From Camelus dromedarius (Eukaryota): a stretch of DNA of 64,000 bases. The DNA lies in assembly GCF_036321535.1 (NCBI RefSeq), contig NC_087466.1:2914001-2978000 (forward strand). Reading direction: 5' to 3'. Positions 45,101 through 59,480 of this stretch are shown piece after piece. The translations under genes and the position numbers were made by a program. The notes under the pieces were generated by a model. It was not told where the DNA came from and did no database searches. It saw only the letters and a list, made by a program, of their open reading frames with translations. Numbering within the stretch: the first letter of the stretch is position 1; each line of letters starts with the position of its first letter.

Positions 45101-46848
45101 AGGTGCTGGAGATTGAACCCAGGACCTTGTGTATGCTAGACAGGCACTCTGCCACTGAGCTATAACCTCCCTGCCAAAGTAACATTCTTAATATTTAAGA
45201 CGCTCTTAGATACCCATCAGATAATGACACAGGAGAAAAATGGGCAAAGGAAAGCGGCAGAGATGTAATTGAAGGACAGAGACAAATGGTCAATAAATGG
45301 ATGAAAACGCATTTAACTCCAGTTAAATCAAGTCAGTGCACATTGAAACAGCATGCAGATACCATTTTCACTTACTAAACTTGCAGATGTTTTTGGAATG
45401 TGAACTCTGTGTTATTACCCAAAGAGCACTTACACAGTGCCCGGTATACAGCAGGCGCCCTGTGTGTGTGAGGAAGTGTGAGCTGGGCCTGCTCAGGCCC
45501 TGTCAGAGGTATACAACCACCATTCTGGAGGTCCACTTGGCACAGAGGTTTCCACAGCTTTAAAAGCTGTTCTGGGGGAGGGAGCCTGGTGCACTGGAGG
45601 GCAGAGTGGGGAGAAGTCGAGGAGAGTGGGTGTAGATCTTTGTCATTCAGTGTTGTCCATGGACCAGGAGCTTGAGCACCACCTGGAAGCTTGTTGGAGA
45701 AGCAGTCTCAGGCCCCACCCATGTGTACTGATTACAAATGTACACCTGGGGAGGTGGGTATAACTCAGTGGTAGAGTGCATGCTTAGTATATGGGAGGTC
45801 CTGGGTTCAATCCCTAGTACTTCCATTAAAAAAAAAAAAAGAAGGGATTGTATACTTGAACCACACCCCAGAGGGATTTGCACACACATTCCAGTTTTGA
45901 GAAGCCTGGCATGGAGTGGGAAGTGAGGGCGGGTAAAGGATGGCTGCTGCCTTGTATTGGGGCTTTTGTAGTGAGGGCATGGGAGCCACGGAAGGCTTTT
46001 ATGTAGGGAGAAGATATGGGCAGACTGGCATGGCAGAAGGATCCTTGTGGCTGCCCAAAGTGAGGACCCAGGGCGAGGTGGAGGCTATCTGTGTCTGTCT
46101 AAGAGATGAGTCCCTGAACCCTTCTCCACCTGCCCACTTGCCAGATGATGTTCCCTGTGTTCCTGGGCCAACGAGTGCCCCCCGAAATGCTAGCGTCTAC
46201 TCTGGCTGAGCTGGACAGGTGCCTGCAGCTGTTTGAGGACAAGTTCCTGAAGGACCAGGACTTCCTTGCCGGATCCCACATCTCAGTGGCTGACTTGGTG
46301 GCCATCACAGAGCTGATGCATGTGAGTGTCATGGGGTGAGGTGGGCCACTGGGCAGAGGGGCATCCTGGGAGGGAGGCAATGGACCAGCTCAAGTTCCCT
46401 GTTCTGACTGGGGGACCCCGGGTGGGTCACTTCCCCCTCGGAGCCTCAGTGTCATCATCTGTAAAAAGGGGTTTCAGAACCCCATCCTGCAGGGATATTG
46501 AGGGGCTTCCCAGCATTTCCTGGATGAGAACCCCCAGCCCATCACATGTGTGGCAGAGGAGGGGAAATCTACCCAAGGGAGGGGTGGGATGAGGTCTTGC
46601 TGCCCTGGGCTTGGCCGGGCCCCACCCCTCCAGCTGGATCTCTTTCCCTTTAGCCTGTCAGCGCTGGCTGCCAAATCTTCAAAAGCCGGCCTAAGCTGGA
46701 GGCCTGGTGCCAGCGTGTGGAGGCTGCAGTGGGGGAGGGTCTTTTCCAGGAGGCCCATGCAGCCATCATGAAGGCCAAGGACCTGCCTCCAGCAGACGCT
46801 GCCATGAAGGAGAAGCTGAAGCCCTTCATCCAGCTTTTGCTGCAGTGA
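42200..46848 (+). CDS. GSTT3: Glutathione S-transferase theta-3 type (GSTT1-like paralogue), 240 aa, 5 exons
   Basis: Exons 42200-42311, 43666-43753, 44328-44478, 46145-46321, 46654-46848 (723 nt), GT-AG, open frame; segments [59 protein letters not shown] resemble rodent Gstt3; lies next to DDT as in mouse. Confidence 0.88.
45030..45171 (-). mobile_element. tRNA-Ala-derived SINE inside an L1 fragment (GSTT3 intron 3)
   Basis: Antisense head 'gattgaacccaggaccttgtgtatgctagacaggcactctgccactgagctataacctccc'; flanks aagtaaaatt/aagtaacatt. Confidence 0.8.
45748..45840 (+). mobile_element. tRNA-Ala-derived SINE (GSTT3 intron 3)
   Basis: 'ggggaggtgggtataactcagtggtagagtgcatgcttagtatatgggaggtcctgggttcaatccc...aaaaaaaa'. 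Confidence 0.85.
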
Positions 46849-46893
46849 GAGTGGCGGGCCTGCAGGGCAACATCGGTGGAGCTCTGTCCTCAG

Positions 46894-46899
46894 AATAAA
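46894..46899 (+). terminator. GSTT3: GSTT3 polyadenylation signal AATAAA
   Basis: AATAAA 46 nt after stop. Confidence 0.8.
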
Positions 46900-47463
46900 G
46901 AAATGGCGCTGCCTCTCCCTGGCTGTGAGCAAGACACCCTGCAACGCAGCATCGGGTCCACAGTGCCCTCCACCCATTGGTCCTGTGTTCCTTCTTCCGT
47001 CTGTCTGCTTACTTCACCCTTACCCTTTGCACGCTGACTTTCGTGTGATCTCTGGAAAGAACTTTAGTAAACACAAATTTGACCCTGGCCCTCTCCTGTT
47101 TGAAACTTTCCCTTGGTGCCTTACTACTCTGAGACTAGGAGACAAGTCATTGAATTTTGTATTCGAGGCCTTGCCCGCCCACCCTCCCCCGCACCTCCTC
47201 TGGGGCACCTCCTCTGATTTCCCATAATAGCCCATCATTTTCCTGCCATGCCCCAGCTCCCAGCTTCTCCTGGTCTTGGTGCAGGCTATTTCCGAAGCTT
47301 ACAGGGTCTCTACTCACCTTTTTGCCTGGTGCTCTTCCTGGTCTTTTGGCATTTGTTACCATGCCCTTCTCCAGGGAGACCTCCTCAGCCCTAGGCCAAG
47401 TCAGGTGACTTGGGCCCTTCAGCCTCAGTGCTTCTCTCTCTCAGGGAACCAGGGAGCTGGTTC

Positions 47464-47822
47464 TGTTACCAGGAAAAGGAAAACAAGAATTACCTTGGTT
47501 CTTAGCCACCTAAAAAAAAAAAAGAATTTTTGACGAGAGACAGAAAGAGTGATATAAGCAAGATTTTTATTACTGAAGTAAAAAAAATAGTAAAAGTACC
47601 CTCCCGAGAATGGGAGGTGGTCAATCCAAGAGAAGAAAAAATGGCACTGTTCCTTTGTTTTTCCTGTTTTTATATCCTAGTTTTGTGATTGATTGATTGA
47701 TTGATAATTCAGGTTCCCTGTGCTCTGGTTGATTGACAGCTCAGGTTCCTTGAGTTCTGGATTGTTCCTTTCCCCTTCCTCTCCCCCTGCCCAGTGCTCA
47801 TTTCTATCTAAACTGCCTAACA
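47464..47822 (-). mobile_element. Solo ERV1-type LTR
   Basis: Termini tgttacc ... cctaaca with perfect 4-bp TSD gttc (47460-47463, 47823-47826); antisense poly(A) signal tttatt; internal (GATT)n. Confidence 0.75.
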
Positions 47823-48487
47823 GTTCCATGCCCCCTGGGCTGAGCACATGTCACAGTTGACTTGGTAAAGAGATGTCTCAACCAGGAATTACCTCAGTCT
47901 CCTGGATTTGTCTCCTCCCTCTGGGGTGACACTGTCTCCCATAGGTGGGGTACAGAGCTGGTTCATAAACCTCCTTGCAGGGAGGGAAGTCTCAGGTTAG
48001 TTCCTGGCCCTCCAGGTGCTGCTGAGAAGCCTTGCTTTTCCATGTCTACTTGTGACCCCAGCATTGTCTTCTACACTCTGGGTCCCAGACTTGCCAACTG
48101 TCCCCTAGGACAGTCACAATCTATGTGTCTTATGTCATAGACCCTCTGATATCTGAATCATCTAATCAACTGCTAAGGGGACAGTGTCACGGACAGATAG
48201 AGCCTCTCAGCCTCCCTGCCTCCCATGGAGGCTCCTTTAATATGCACACTTATATAGAATTTTAGATGTGTAATTGAAATTTTTCATATACACCCACACA
48301 ATTTCAATTATATTTTTCATTTACAATTCAAAAAGATTTGTAACACTGAGAGTACAATTTTAGCATAACACAGAGTACAATTTTAGCCATGTCAACAGGT
48401 TTCCATGTTTTAAAGAACATTTTTTGTTTTGCCTATAAAAGTATAGGGTCCCGTAAACATCGCTTGTAATTCTGTTGCAAAAAAATG

Positions 48488-49040
48488 TGTTACAGCTCAG
48501 CTGTGACAAGAACCTGGATCCCAGCGAGAAACCAAGCAGCACTCAAGACAGTTGGAGAACTCAGATTTATTACACCAGCAGGCCCACACAACTAAACACT
48601 TCAAGCTCTGGACCCTGTTTGTAGGTTTACACAGGCCTTTTTTATAGGCTGCCAGTTTTACACTTTGCAACATCATATGCAAATAAAGTATAACAGAAGC
48701 TGACCAACCAGGAACAAACTTTGTAGAAATAGACCAATCAGAAGTGAGAGAAATAACCAATCAGGAGTGAGCTCCATGCAAATGAAGTACTACAAATGGA
48801 CCAATCAGAAGTTAGGGAAGTGGACCAATCAGAAGTGAGAGTAATACCCAATCAGGAGTGAAGGAAGTAACCAATCAGAAGTGAGCTCAGGGAACCAAGA
48901 GAATTTTAGGTGTAAATTAGCCGCTTTAGAGGCAGTAAGTGAGATAGAGCCTCTGGGCCAGGGAACAGGACGGTGCTGGGAGAAGAGCAGCAGCCCTGCC
49001 TAGGGGTCCTGCTGGTCTTTTTATGGGGCTTCCTGCCTCA
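48488..49040 (-). mobile_element. Solo ERV1-type LTR with CCAAT-box array
   Basis: Termini tgttaca ... cctgcctca; minus-strand AATAAA (48566-48571) and TATA (48640-48646); six CCAATCAG(A/G)AGT units at 48734, 48757, 48801, 48825, 48848, 48871; ATGCAAAT at 48677 and 48776. No clean TSD seen. Confidence 0.7.
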
Positions 49041-49479
49041 ATTCCACTGGAACCTGGCTCTCACCCTGCCTGGTGGGCGGTCCTTCACCGTGAGGCAAGG
49101 GTCCCACAGGCAGAAGAGGCCACAAAGGCAGATACCTGCGGGGCCCAGGCAAGGATGCAGTGAGCCCAAGGGTCTCTGTGCAGCCCACTCGAGCCCACAC
49201 GTGTCACTAGGTCTCCTGATCAAGAGGAGCGCGGATTCCCACATTGAACGTGAAATTGTCTATCTGACATGGAGGCAATTCATTCAAAAACTTTTGAGCC
49301 TCCGTGACAATGTAACGTTATTAAGGTCGAGCCTGGGAAAGGCCACTACGGGTGTGTGTGTTTGGGGGGGAGTGTTCAGACGTCCATCTAAATTTTGGCT
49401 AAGAAGCAGACTACCGCAGCAGCGTCGGAAAACCACCGGAGACAAAAAACTGCTGACAAGATGGCTGGAGCGTGGGCGG

Positions 49480-52021
<2,542 letters not shown>

Positions 52022-52144
52022 AGTCTGTGAGCTGGCAGCCCCTTCCAGAGATGCCTCCTGGCAGTGAGGGCCTGGTGGACACCCCCACCTGTTCTGTGCA
52101 GCCATGCCTGTGAACTCACCGTCCTCTTCCCCATCATCATGACA

Positions 52145-52150
52145 AATAAA
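52145..52150 (+). terminator. DDT: DDT polyadenylation signal AATAAA
   Basis: AATAAA 124 nt after the stop. Confidence 0.8.
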
Positions 52151-53979
52151 TGAAGAGAGCTTTGTCTTTCAAACATAACTTCTTTACCTCCCTTTTACCC
52201 TTCCCTGTCATTCTGGGGTACCCTGGGCAGCAGGGCTGCTTTAGGAGGTGGGGACCTTCGGTAACCTGGGAGGTGGGATGTTTCTGTCTCAGGGCCGCTG
52301 TTTCTACGTCTTGTATTTCGGCTGCTCAAGCCTGAGGTTGGAGAGCTCAGCTTGAAGACCCTGTCCTCCATGTCCAAGTTCAGCCTGGTGGGGAGGGGCT
52401 GGCAGTTGGTCCAGCCTGGGCCTTCCTGCAGACTCTGCTGACCAGATTTCCTGACCTCAGCCTAGGCAGCTCCCTGCCCATGGACTGCTGTGCCCAGCAG
52501 GGGAGCAGGGCAAGCTGGACTTCAGGGACCTTCCCTGAGCGTTGCCAAACTCCATCTCCTCCCATGTGTCTAGCTGAGAATTCTCTGTACCTGTGCGACT
52601 TGTAAAATTTATATCCCAGAATGGCAAACTTGGAAATGCAATGTCTGCCTCTGGAAGTGGAATGAATGGGACCCCCCCCCCCCCAACCTAAAGACCATAT
52701 CATGCTTTCACATTTCAGAGGATATACAGGTGGGGTGGGGAGGACCCAAAGGAAGTCTCCTTTTCAGTTTCCTTCCAGATGCAGTTTACATCTCTCAGAT
52801 GCTGTGCTTCCCTGCAGTGAAAGCCTCGATCATCCCATCCGTGTTCACCAATGAAATACCAAACTGAGATTTTCAGGCTGTGCAGTCCACCTAGTTAATA
52901 AGTTAGTTTTCAAAGGAATGTTCCTGTGCGTGCTCTGTTTGTATCTGACTGCGACCGAGGACTCACTAAAAGCTAGAGCTTGGAGTTCCTTCCCCTGGCT
53001 CCCTGTCCTAACTGTTTCTGCACTCATTCCTTCTGCTTCCCAAAGGGGCTCAGGGAATGTTTATGCATTGAATAAATGAAGAGTTGAAGTGCCCAAGGAG
53101 GGATTCAGGACTATAAGGTGACAGCCTCCAATGTGGTCTCCCCAACTTCAGTCACTCATCCGTGCTCTAGTGAGTGATGTCATGTTTGCTGTGAGGACTG
53201 GCCCCTCTGCCCACTCGGGCATTATGTCTCCCTGTTGTGGCCTCGAGCTTTGTCCCCTGGTAAGACGGTACTGCAGGAGGCTCCCACAAGGCCCGCACTG
53301 TTTCTTGCACTGTTTCCCGACTGTAAATCCTTCCCGCACAACACCTTGCTGCTTGGCCCTCCTTCCCCATCTTTTTTCTACTTTCACTCCAGAGCACCTT
53401 TAAAGACACAACTCAGGGGCGGGAGCTGCATCCAAGGCTGCAAGTCTGCAATCACGAAACTTCAAAATCATCTGTTTATGCTGTTCACCTCCCTCCCCCA
53501 CCCGGTTTTCTCCCTTCAAAATCAAGGTTGGTGACAATTAGTTTTGTACCTTATGGTATATCATTAAAGCTTTGCCGTACTGAAATGAGCCTACAAGTTC
53601 TTCACCAAGATTTTACAATCCTTAAGTAAAGAGAAAGCCATAACATTCGTTCTTATTTAAATCATCCTGCTGGACTCAAGCACTATGAGCTTCAACCAGT
53701 GGGACCCCTTCCCTAAAACGCTTAGCTCCCAGGATCGTACGTAACCTGTCAGTCTCAGGCAGTTGTCACAAACCCTTCAACGCTGGACCCTCTTTCCGCC
53801 TCTGAAATTGCTACTCCCTCCTCGGCCCGTTCATCCCTCTCCACCCTCCGCTCGTTTTCTTTTACTTCAATACTTGATTGTATCTGTGCCTTTGGGGCTT
53901 CAAATCCTTTTCGGAAAGAGGTGAGGCACGGGTAACAGGGGTGAGAATGCTCTTCCTCCCCTGGTTCCTTCCAGGTTTC

Positions 53980-54900
53980 CCCAGTTTCCCACCGCCCTCA
54001 GAGCACCTGTCGCAGGTTGTAACAACAGTGCGGCCCGTCACTTGGCGGCTGCTCGGGGCCAGGCCCCAGGCTCGGCTTCCCAGGTGCAACAGGCGGTGGG
54101 GCGGCGGGCCCGCAGCCGCGATCGCGCGGAGGTGCCAAGCCTCCCCTGGGGTCCCGCGCGCCGGATCGGTGGGACGCCGCGTGCGCGCTCGCCGATTGGC
54201 TGGCGGAGCCGGTACCGGAGCCAATGGGAGCGCGCCTTGTTGTTAGGCGCGCCGCCGGCCGGCGCGGGGTCGAACCGACGGGCCGTTGCCGTGGAGACGT
54301 CCGGTGAGTTCACGGGCGGCGGGGTCGGGGCGGCCCTCGGGTCGGGGCGGGGCTCCGCGGGGCCCGAGGGGCCGGGGCCTGAGGGGCGGCGGGCGCGGGG
54401 ACTCCAAGGCCGGGAACCGAGCGGCGGGCCGGGCCCGGCTGCCGCGCGGGCCTACCGCCGGCTCCCGCCCCGCTCGGGGGGCCTGGGAGGGGCTCCGCCC
54501 TGGCGGAGGGGGTTTCTGTGACCGCGCGGGAGCCGCTGTCCAGCCTGAGGCTGTGGGTGCGGAGCTCGGCGCTCGCCCGTCGCTCCCGTCCTTCCGCTTC
54601 ACCTTCATGGCAGCGCCGGCGGTGAGTGCGCGGGTAGCGCCCCTCACAGGGCGGAGATGAAGCCGAGGGGACTCGCTTGTCCCAAGTCCCCAGCTCTCCC
54701 GAGGGCCGGGCGACTCCGACCGAGAGCCCTGACCGCGCTGCCTCCCGGCGCAGGCGGACGCTGGCCAGGTGGAGTTTCCCGGTGTCTGCAGCGCCTCTTT
54801 GGGTTAGGGGCCCCACTCTCTGGGGTCGGCTTACTTCAGGGCGTGCTGTGTATGCGGGTTCTGTGCTACCCGGGGCCAGGGTTGGACCCGAAATAAATTC
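53980..54900 (+). promoter_or_regulatory. CABIN1: CABIN1 CpG-island promoter and non-coding first exon (donor at 54304)
   Basis: Very high CpG density; inverted CCAAT pair (gattgg ~54194, ccaat ~54221); ccg|gtgagt donor at 54304; second donor gcg|gtgagt at 54622. Confidence 0.75.
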
Positions 54901-55039
54901 AGAGTTGAGGTTCAGGGGTCGGCAAACTTTTGTTGTAAATACAGTGGCTTTCATAATATTATTATCATGCCCTGTGACTATAATAAGTCTAATTATACTT
55001 AGTGTAAGTATTTGGGGGCCATACTTTGCTTAGCTCCGA

Positions 55040-55540
55040 ATGAAAGTGGGGAGAGTGGGTGGGCATCCTGGTCTTGTTTCTGATCTTAGAGGAAACGCTT
55101 CCAGCTTTTCATCATTGACGATAATGTCAGCTGTGGGTTTGTCACATACGGCCTTTATTAAGTTCCCTCTGTGCCCACTTTCTGGGGAGTTTTTATCATA
55201 AATGGATGTTGAACTTTATCGGAAGCCTTTTCTGCAATTATTGAGATGATCATACGGTTTTTTTTCTCTTGTTTTTTAATTTTTTATTTTTATGAGGGGG
55301 AGGTAATTGGGTTTACGTATATTTGGAGGATTGAACCCAGGACCTCGTGCATGCTAAGCATGCACTTTACCACTTGAGCTATACCCTCCCGCCATTTATC
55401 CCCTCCGCCGCCCCGTTTTTTATTCTTCAGTTTGTTAATGTGATGTATCACATTGATTGATTTGCGGATATTGAAAGATCCTGGGATAAATCCCACCTGT
55501 TCATGGTGTGTGATCTTTTTAATATGTTGTTAGAGTCGAT
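55040..55540 (-). mobile_element. L1 ORF2 (RT region) fragment with inserted SINE at 55262-55390
   Basis: Minus-strand translation [23 protein letters not shown] matches L1 ORF2; SINE antisense head 'gattgaacccaggacctcgtgcatgctaagcatgcactttaccacttgagctataccctccc'. Confidence 0.85.
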
Positions 55541-56249
55541 TTTCAGAAGTGTTGCTTTGTCTACTTAGCTCTGGTATTGTACTGAGAGTGGTGGTGTTGC
55601 AATACAATATAGGGACACTATTTGAATTTTATGTTTTATGTAATTCTCACGTGTCACAAGTATGAATTTCTTCAACCATTTAAAAATGTAAAAAGCATTT
55701 TTTTTTTTTTTTTTGCTCTTGGACTGTACAGAAACAGTGGGCTAGTTAGCTTGTGGACCCCTGGTCTAGTCCGAAGCCTCAGACAGTGGAGGAAACTGAG
55801 ACCCAGAGAGGGGCATCTTTGGCCAAGTCAGTCACACAGCCGGGTAGTGCCCCAGCTGAGCTGGAGACCCAGGCTTCCCAACTCCCAGGCCAGGGCAGGT
55901 GAGGAAACATTACCACTTATCACTGGATCAGGGCATGAGGTGTTTAGTGTGCTGCGGTTATGTGTCCTGAAAGCCACGGATACCAGCCTCTATTAAAGAG
56001 TTTGGAAACTTGTTAGGTTTCACTCCTGGATGTGCTATTCTGAGAAAATGCAGCTGCTCTGCTGGGAGTCTGAGAAATGAGTACTGGATACTTTTTTTCT
56101 CATCTTTATGCAAAAGCTGCTTGCTTTTTTACTATATTTTTTTAAAGCTCCTTTAAGTGGGGTTCTGAGGTCTGTGGTGAATAATATGGACATGGTCCTC
56201 ATCCTCACATTGCTTACAGATGATAAATACATAATCTCAAGTGGTTATT

Positions 56250-56379
56250 TCTTTTTTGGGGGCGAGGGTAACTAGGTTTGTTTATTTAATTATTTATTTA
56301 TTAATGGAGGTACTGGGAATTGAACCCAGGACCTCATATATGCCAAGCAAGTGCTTTACTGCTAAGCTATACCCTCCCC
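56250..56379 (-). mobile_element. tRNA-Ala-derived SINE
   Basis: Antisense head 'ggaattgaacccaggacctcatatatgccaagcaagtgctttactgctaagctataccctcccc'. Confidence 0.85.
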
Positions 56380-56395
56380 ATCCTTCCACCTATCC

Positions 56396-56440
56396 CCTTT
56401 CTTTCTTTCTTCCTTCCTTTCTTTCTTTCTTTCTTTCTTT
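56396..56440. repeat. (CTTT)n/(CCTT)n microsatellite; (TA)n at ~56517-56536
   Basis: Direct reading. Confidence 0.9.
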
Positions 56441-56444
56441 AGCA

Positions 56445-59160
56445 TTCTTTTTCATTGAAGTATAGTCAGTTTCCAACATTGTGTCAATTTTTGCTGTACA
56501 GCATAGTGTTTCAGTTATACATATATATATATATATGTTGGTTTTCATATTCTTTTTCATTATAGGTTACTACAAGATATTGAATATAGTTGCCTGTGCT
56601 ATACAGAAGAAACTTGTTTATCTATTTTATATATAGTAGTTAGTATCTGCAAATTTTGAACTCCCAATTTATCTCTTCCCACCTCCCCTTACTCCCAGTA
56701 ACCGTAAGTTTGTTCTCTATGTCATTTCCCCCTTATCTCTTTTTAGAGTTTTCATTTTAAACTACTTTTAGATTTAGAGAAAAGTTGCAACAATAACACA
56801 GTAAGTGTCCATCTGTCTCTCACCCTGCTTCCCTAATGGTAGCATCTTGCATAATCCTGGTACAATTATCAAGGATGGGAGACTAATATTGATACAGTTA
56901 TTATTAACTCAACTACATACCTGGTTGGAATTTTCACCAGGTTTTCCACTAGTGGTCTACTTTCATTCCAAGATCTCATAGTGCGTTTAGTCATTTCTCC
57001 TTAGTCTCCTCCTTAGTCCTGTACATTTCTTAGTCTTTTCTTACCTTCTTGGCCTCTCTACTTTTGAAGAGTCCTAGTCAGTTACTTTGTCTAATATCCT
57101 TCAGTTTAGACTTGTCCATTGCTCTTTCGTGGTTGGGGCGAGGTTATGGGTTTCAGGCCCGAGTAACAGTGTGTCCTCAATGTGTTGTATCTAGTGGTCA
57201 AGATGTTGAGATGTTTTATTGCTGGTGATATTTCCTTTGATCTCTCGGTTTAGTTGGTGTCTGCCAGCTTTCTACACTGAAAACTTGCTGTCTTTCCTTT
57301 CCAGTTAGTAAGTGTCTTTGGGGGAGATACTTTGAGAGGATGCAAATCCTGGTTCTGGCAAATCTATACCCACTGACCTTAGACCCTCCATCTGTGGGTC
57401 TTTGTGGTGTTTGCCTGAAGATAATTATCTGTTTCTTTTTTTTTTCCTATATTTATTAATTGAAATTCAGTTGAGGGAAGTGTTATCCCTTCTTGTTTAT
57501 TTGGCTGTTTATTGTATCGGTGTGGATCCCAGGGTATTTGTTTTATTCTGTGAGTGGAAATCTAATATTACCATTATTTTGTTGCTTGTTGTTTGGCTCC
57601 GGCTATTTGGGGTCTCGTTTGCGTTCACTACTGTGTCCTGTCAACAAACCCTCATCTTTTTTTTTCAGCGTTTACTTTCTGGCACCGCAGAAGGTTCCAG
57701 GCTACCGTGTATTTTCTCTGCCCCAGGCCTGGAATCACAGTTCTTTTCTGTCTTTAGTCATATGGTATCCAGTCAAGACACTGTTTTCCAAAGGCTAGTT
57801 CTTTTCCTCCTCATCCCCTTCAGTGTAGTTATGTTATTTGTAACTCAGCAGGTTCATTGATAATACTTAAATTCCATTTTGTGATCCCCCTAGATCCTGT
57901 TTGATTTAACAGCCACTTCCCATCACCCCTCCCCCAGCCTTAGGCAGCCGCTGGTAGAACTCTGCCTTATCGATCTGCCTATTGTGGCCACTTCAGAGAA
58001 ACAGAATCATACATCGTATAGTCTGTGGCTGCTGCTTTCTCGTACGTTGTGTTTTCATGGTTCATCTGTGTTGTCAGTGGTCCTTCCCTTTCATGGCTGA
58101 GTAATATTCCATTGTGTGGATATACCACATTTTATTCATCCATTCATCTGTTGATGGACATTTGAGTTGTTTCTACTTTTTGGTTATTCTGCATAATAAT
58201 TCTGTGAACATTCCCTCATTAATTTTGCAGCTACATATTACATTACTGTCTGGTGGTCACAGTGTCCATCATGGCATAATTTATGGTGAAGCGGCAATTC
58301 CCAGAGTTAATCAGCAGCATTGTCTTTCCCTACATGGATAACCCGGGAGATAAAATAGCTATCTGCCTAGGGGAGTCTTGAGTCTTCCTTTTCTGTGAAC
58401 CTTCCTTGTGAGGACCTGTGGAGAACTCAGAGCCTGTGGCGGAAGCCCAGGCGTGAAGTCATTGCTGTTGGCAGCGGTCATGTTCATTGTATTTTATCCT
58501 AGTGTAGCACATGTTCAGTCTGTCTGCCACAGCTCTTTTCCACCGCCTGTGGGGCCCTTCCAGGACCTTTGCCAGCCTCTCAGGTAGGACTCTTTCTTTT
58601 TCCTCCCTCTGCCTTCCTGGCTGTTTTGCTAATGCTGCCCCTCAGGCCAGAACCCCTGGTGTCCCCATCCCCGTCTCCACCTTCTTCCAGGTGCCCAGTT
58701 CTGTGCGTTTGCCTCCGGGAATGTGTCCATCCCCACTGCCACTGCCCCAGTCAGGTCCCTGGCATCTCTTTGTTTAATAAAAGCGAATAGTTCACACACC
58801 ATACAGCTCATCTTTGTAGGCGATACAGGTCAGCAAGATTTACTGTGTTCATACAGTTGTGTAACCATCACCACAGTTAGTTTTACAACACTTTCATCAA
58901 CCCAGAAAGAAACCCTATACCTATTACTGATCACCCTCACCTTTCCCACCACCCCCATGTCAGGACTGTATTCTGTTTTATGACTGAGTAATAATTGATT
59001 ATAGGGACATACATCAGCAATGACATTTGATTTGCTTCCACTTTTACTCTGTCATGAGTAATGCTGCTGGGAACATTCGTGAACATGTTTTGGTGTGGAC
59101 GTGCTTTCCTTCACTATAGGTAGAAACCTAGGAGTGTAATTTCTGTGTCAGATGTTCTGA
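56445..59160 (-). mobile_element. Mosaic of L1 3' fragments in CABIN1 intron 1
   Basis: 'ttcattgaagtatagtcagtttccaacattgtgtcaatttttgctgtacagcatag', 'ggctgagtaatattccattgtgtggatataccacattttattcatccattcatctgttgatggaca'; interspersed unique sequence; limits approximate. Confidence 0.7.
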
Positions 59161-59165
59161 GCAGC

Positions 59166-59480
59166 TGCTCCCCTTGTCACCTGCTCAGCAGTGTATGAGG
59201 TTCTCATTTCTCCCCCGTCACCTCGGTTGGCCATGTATGAGGTTCTGATTGCTCTTCTTGTCACCTACTTGGCAGTGTGTGAGGTTCTGATTTTTCCCCT
59301 TGTCATCCTGGTCAGCAGTGTGTGAGGTTCTGATTTCTCCCCTTGTCACCCCACTTAGCAGTGTACGGGGTTCTGAATTCTCCACTTGTCACCCAGACAT
59401 CAGTGTATGAGGTTCTGATTTCTTCCCCTGTCACCCTGGTCGGCAGTGTATGAGGTTCTGATGTCCCCATGTCCTCACCC
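59166..59480. repeat. Degenerate minisatellite, ~7 units of 42-43 bp
   Basis: Unit starts (gaggttctgatttctcccc...) at 59197, 59239, 59281, 59324, 59367, 59409, 59452. Confidence 0.9.

Noticed and set aside
59166-59480. Regularly spaced repeats superficially like a CRISPR array (also 48734-48900)
   Set aside because: Contiguous degenerate tandem units without unique spacers, in a mammalian genome with no cas genes.
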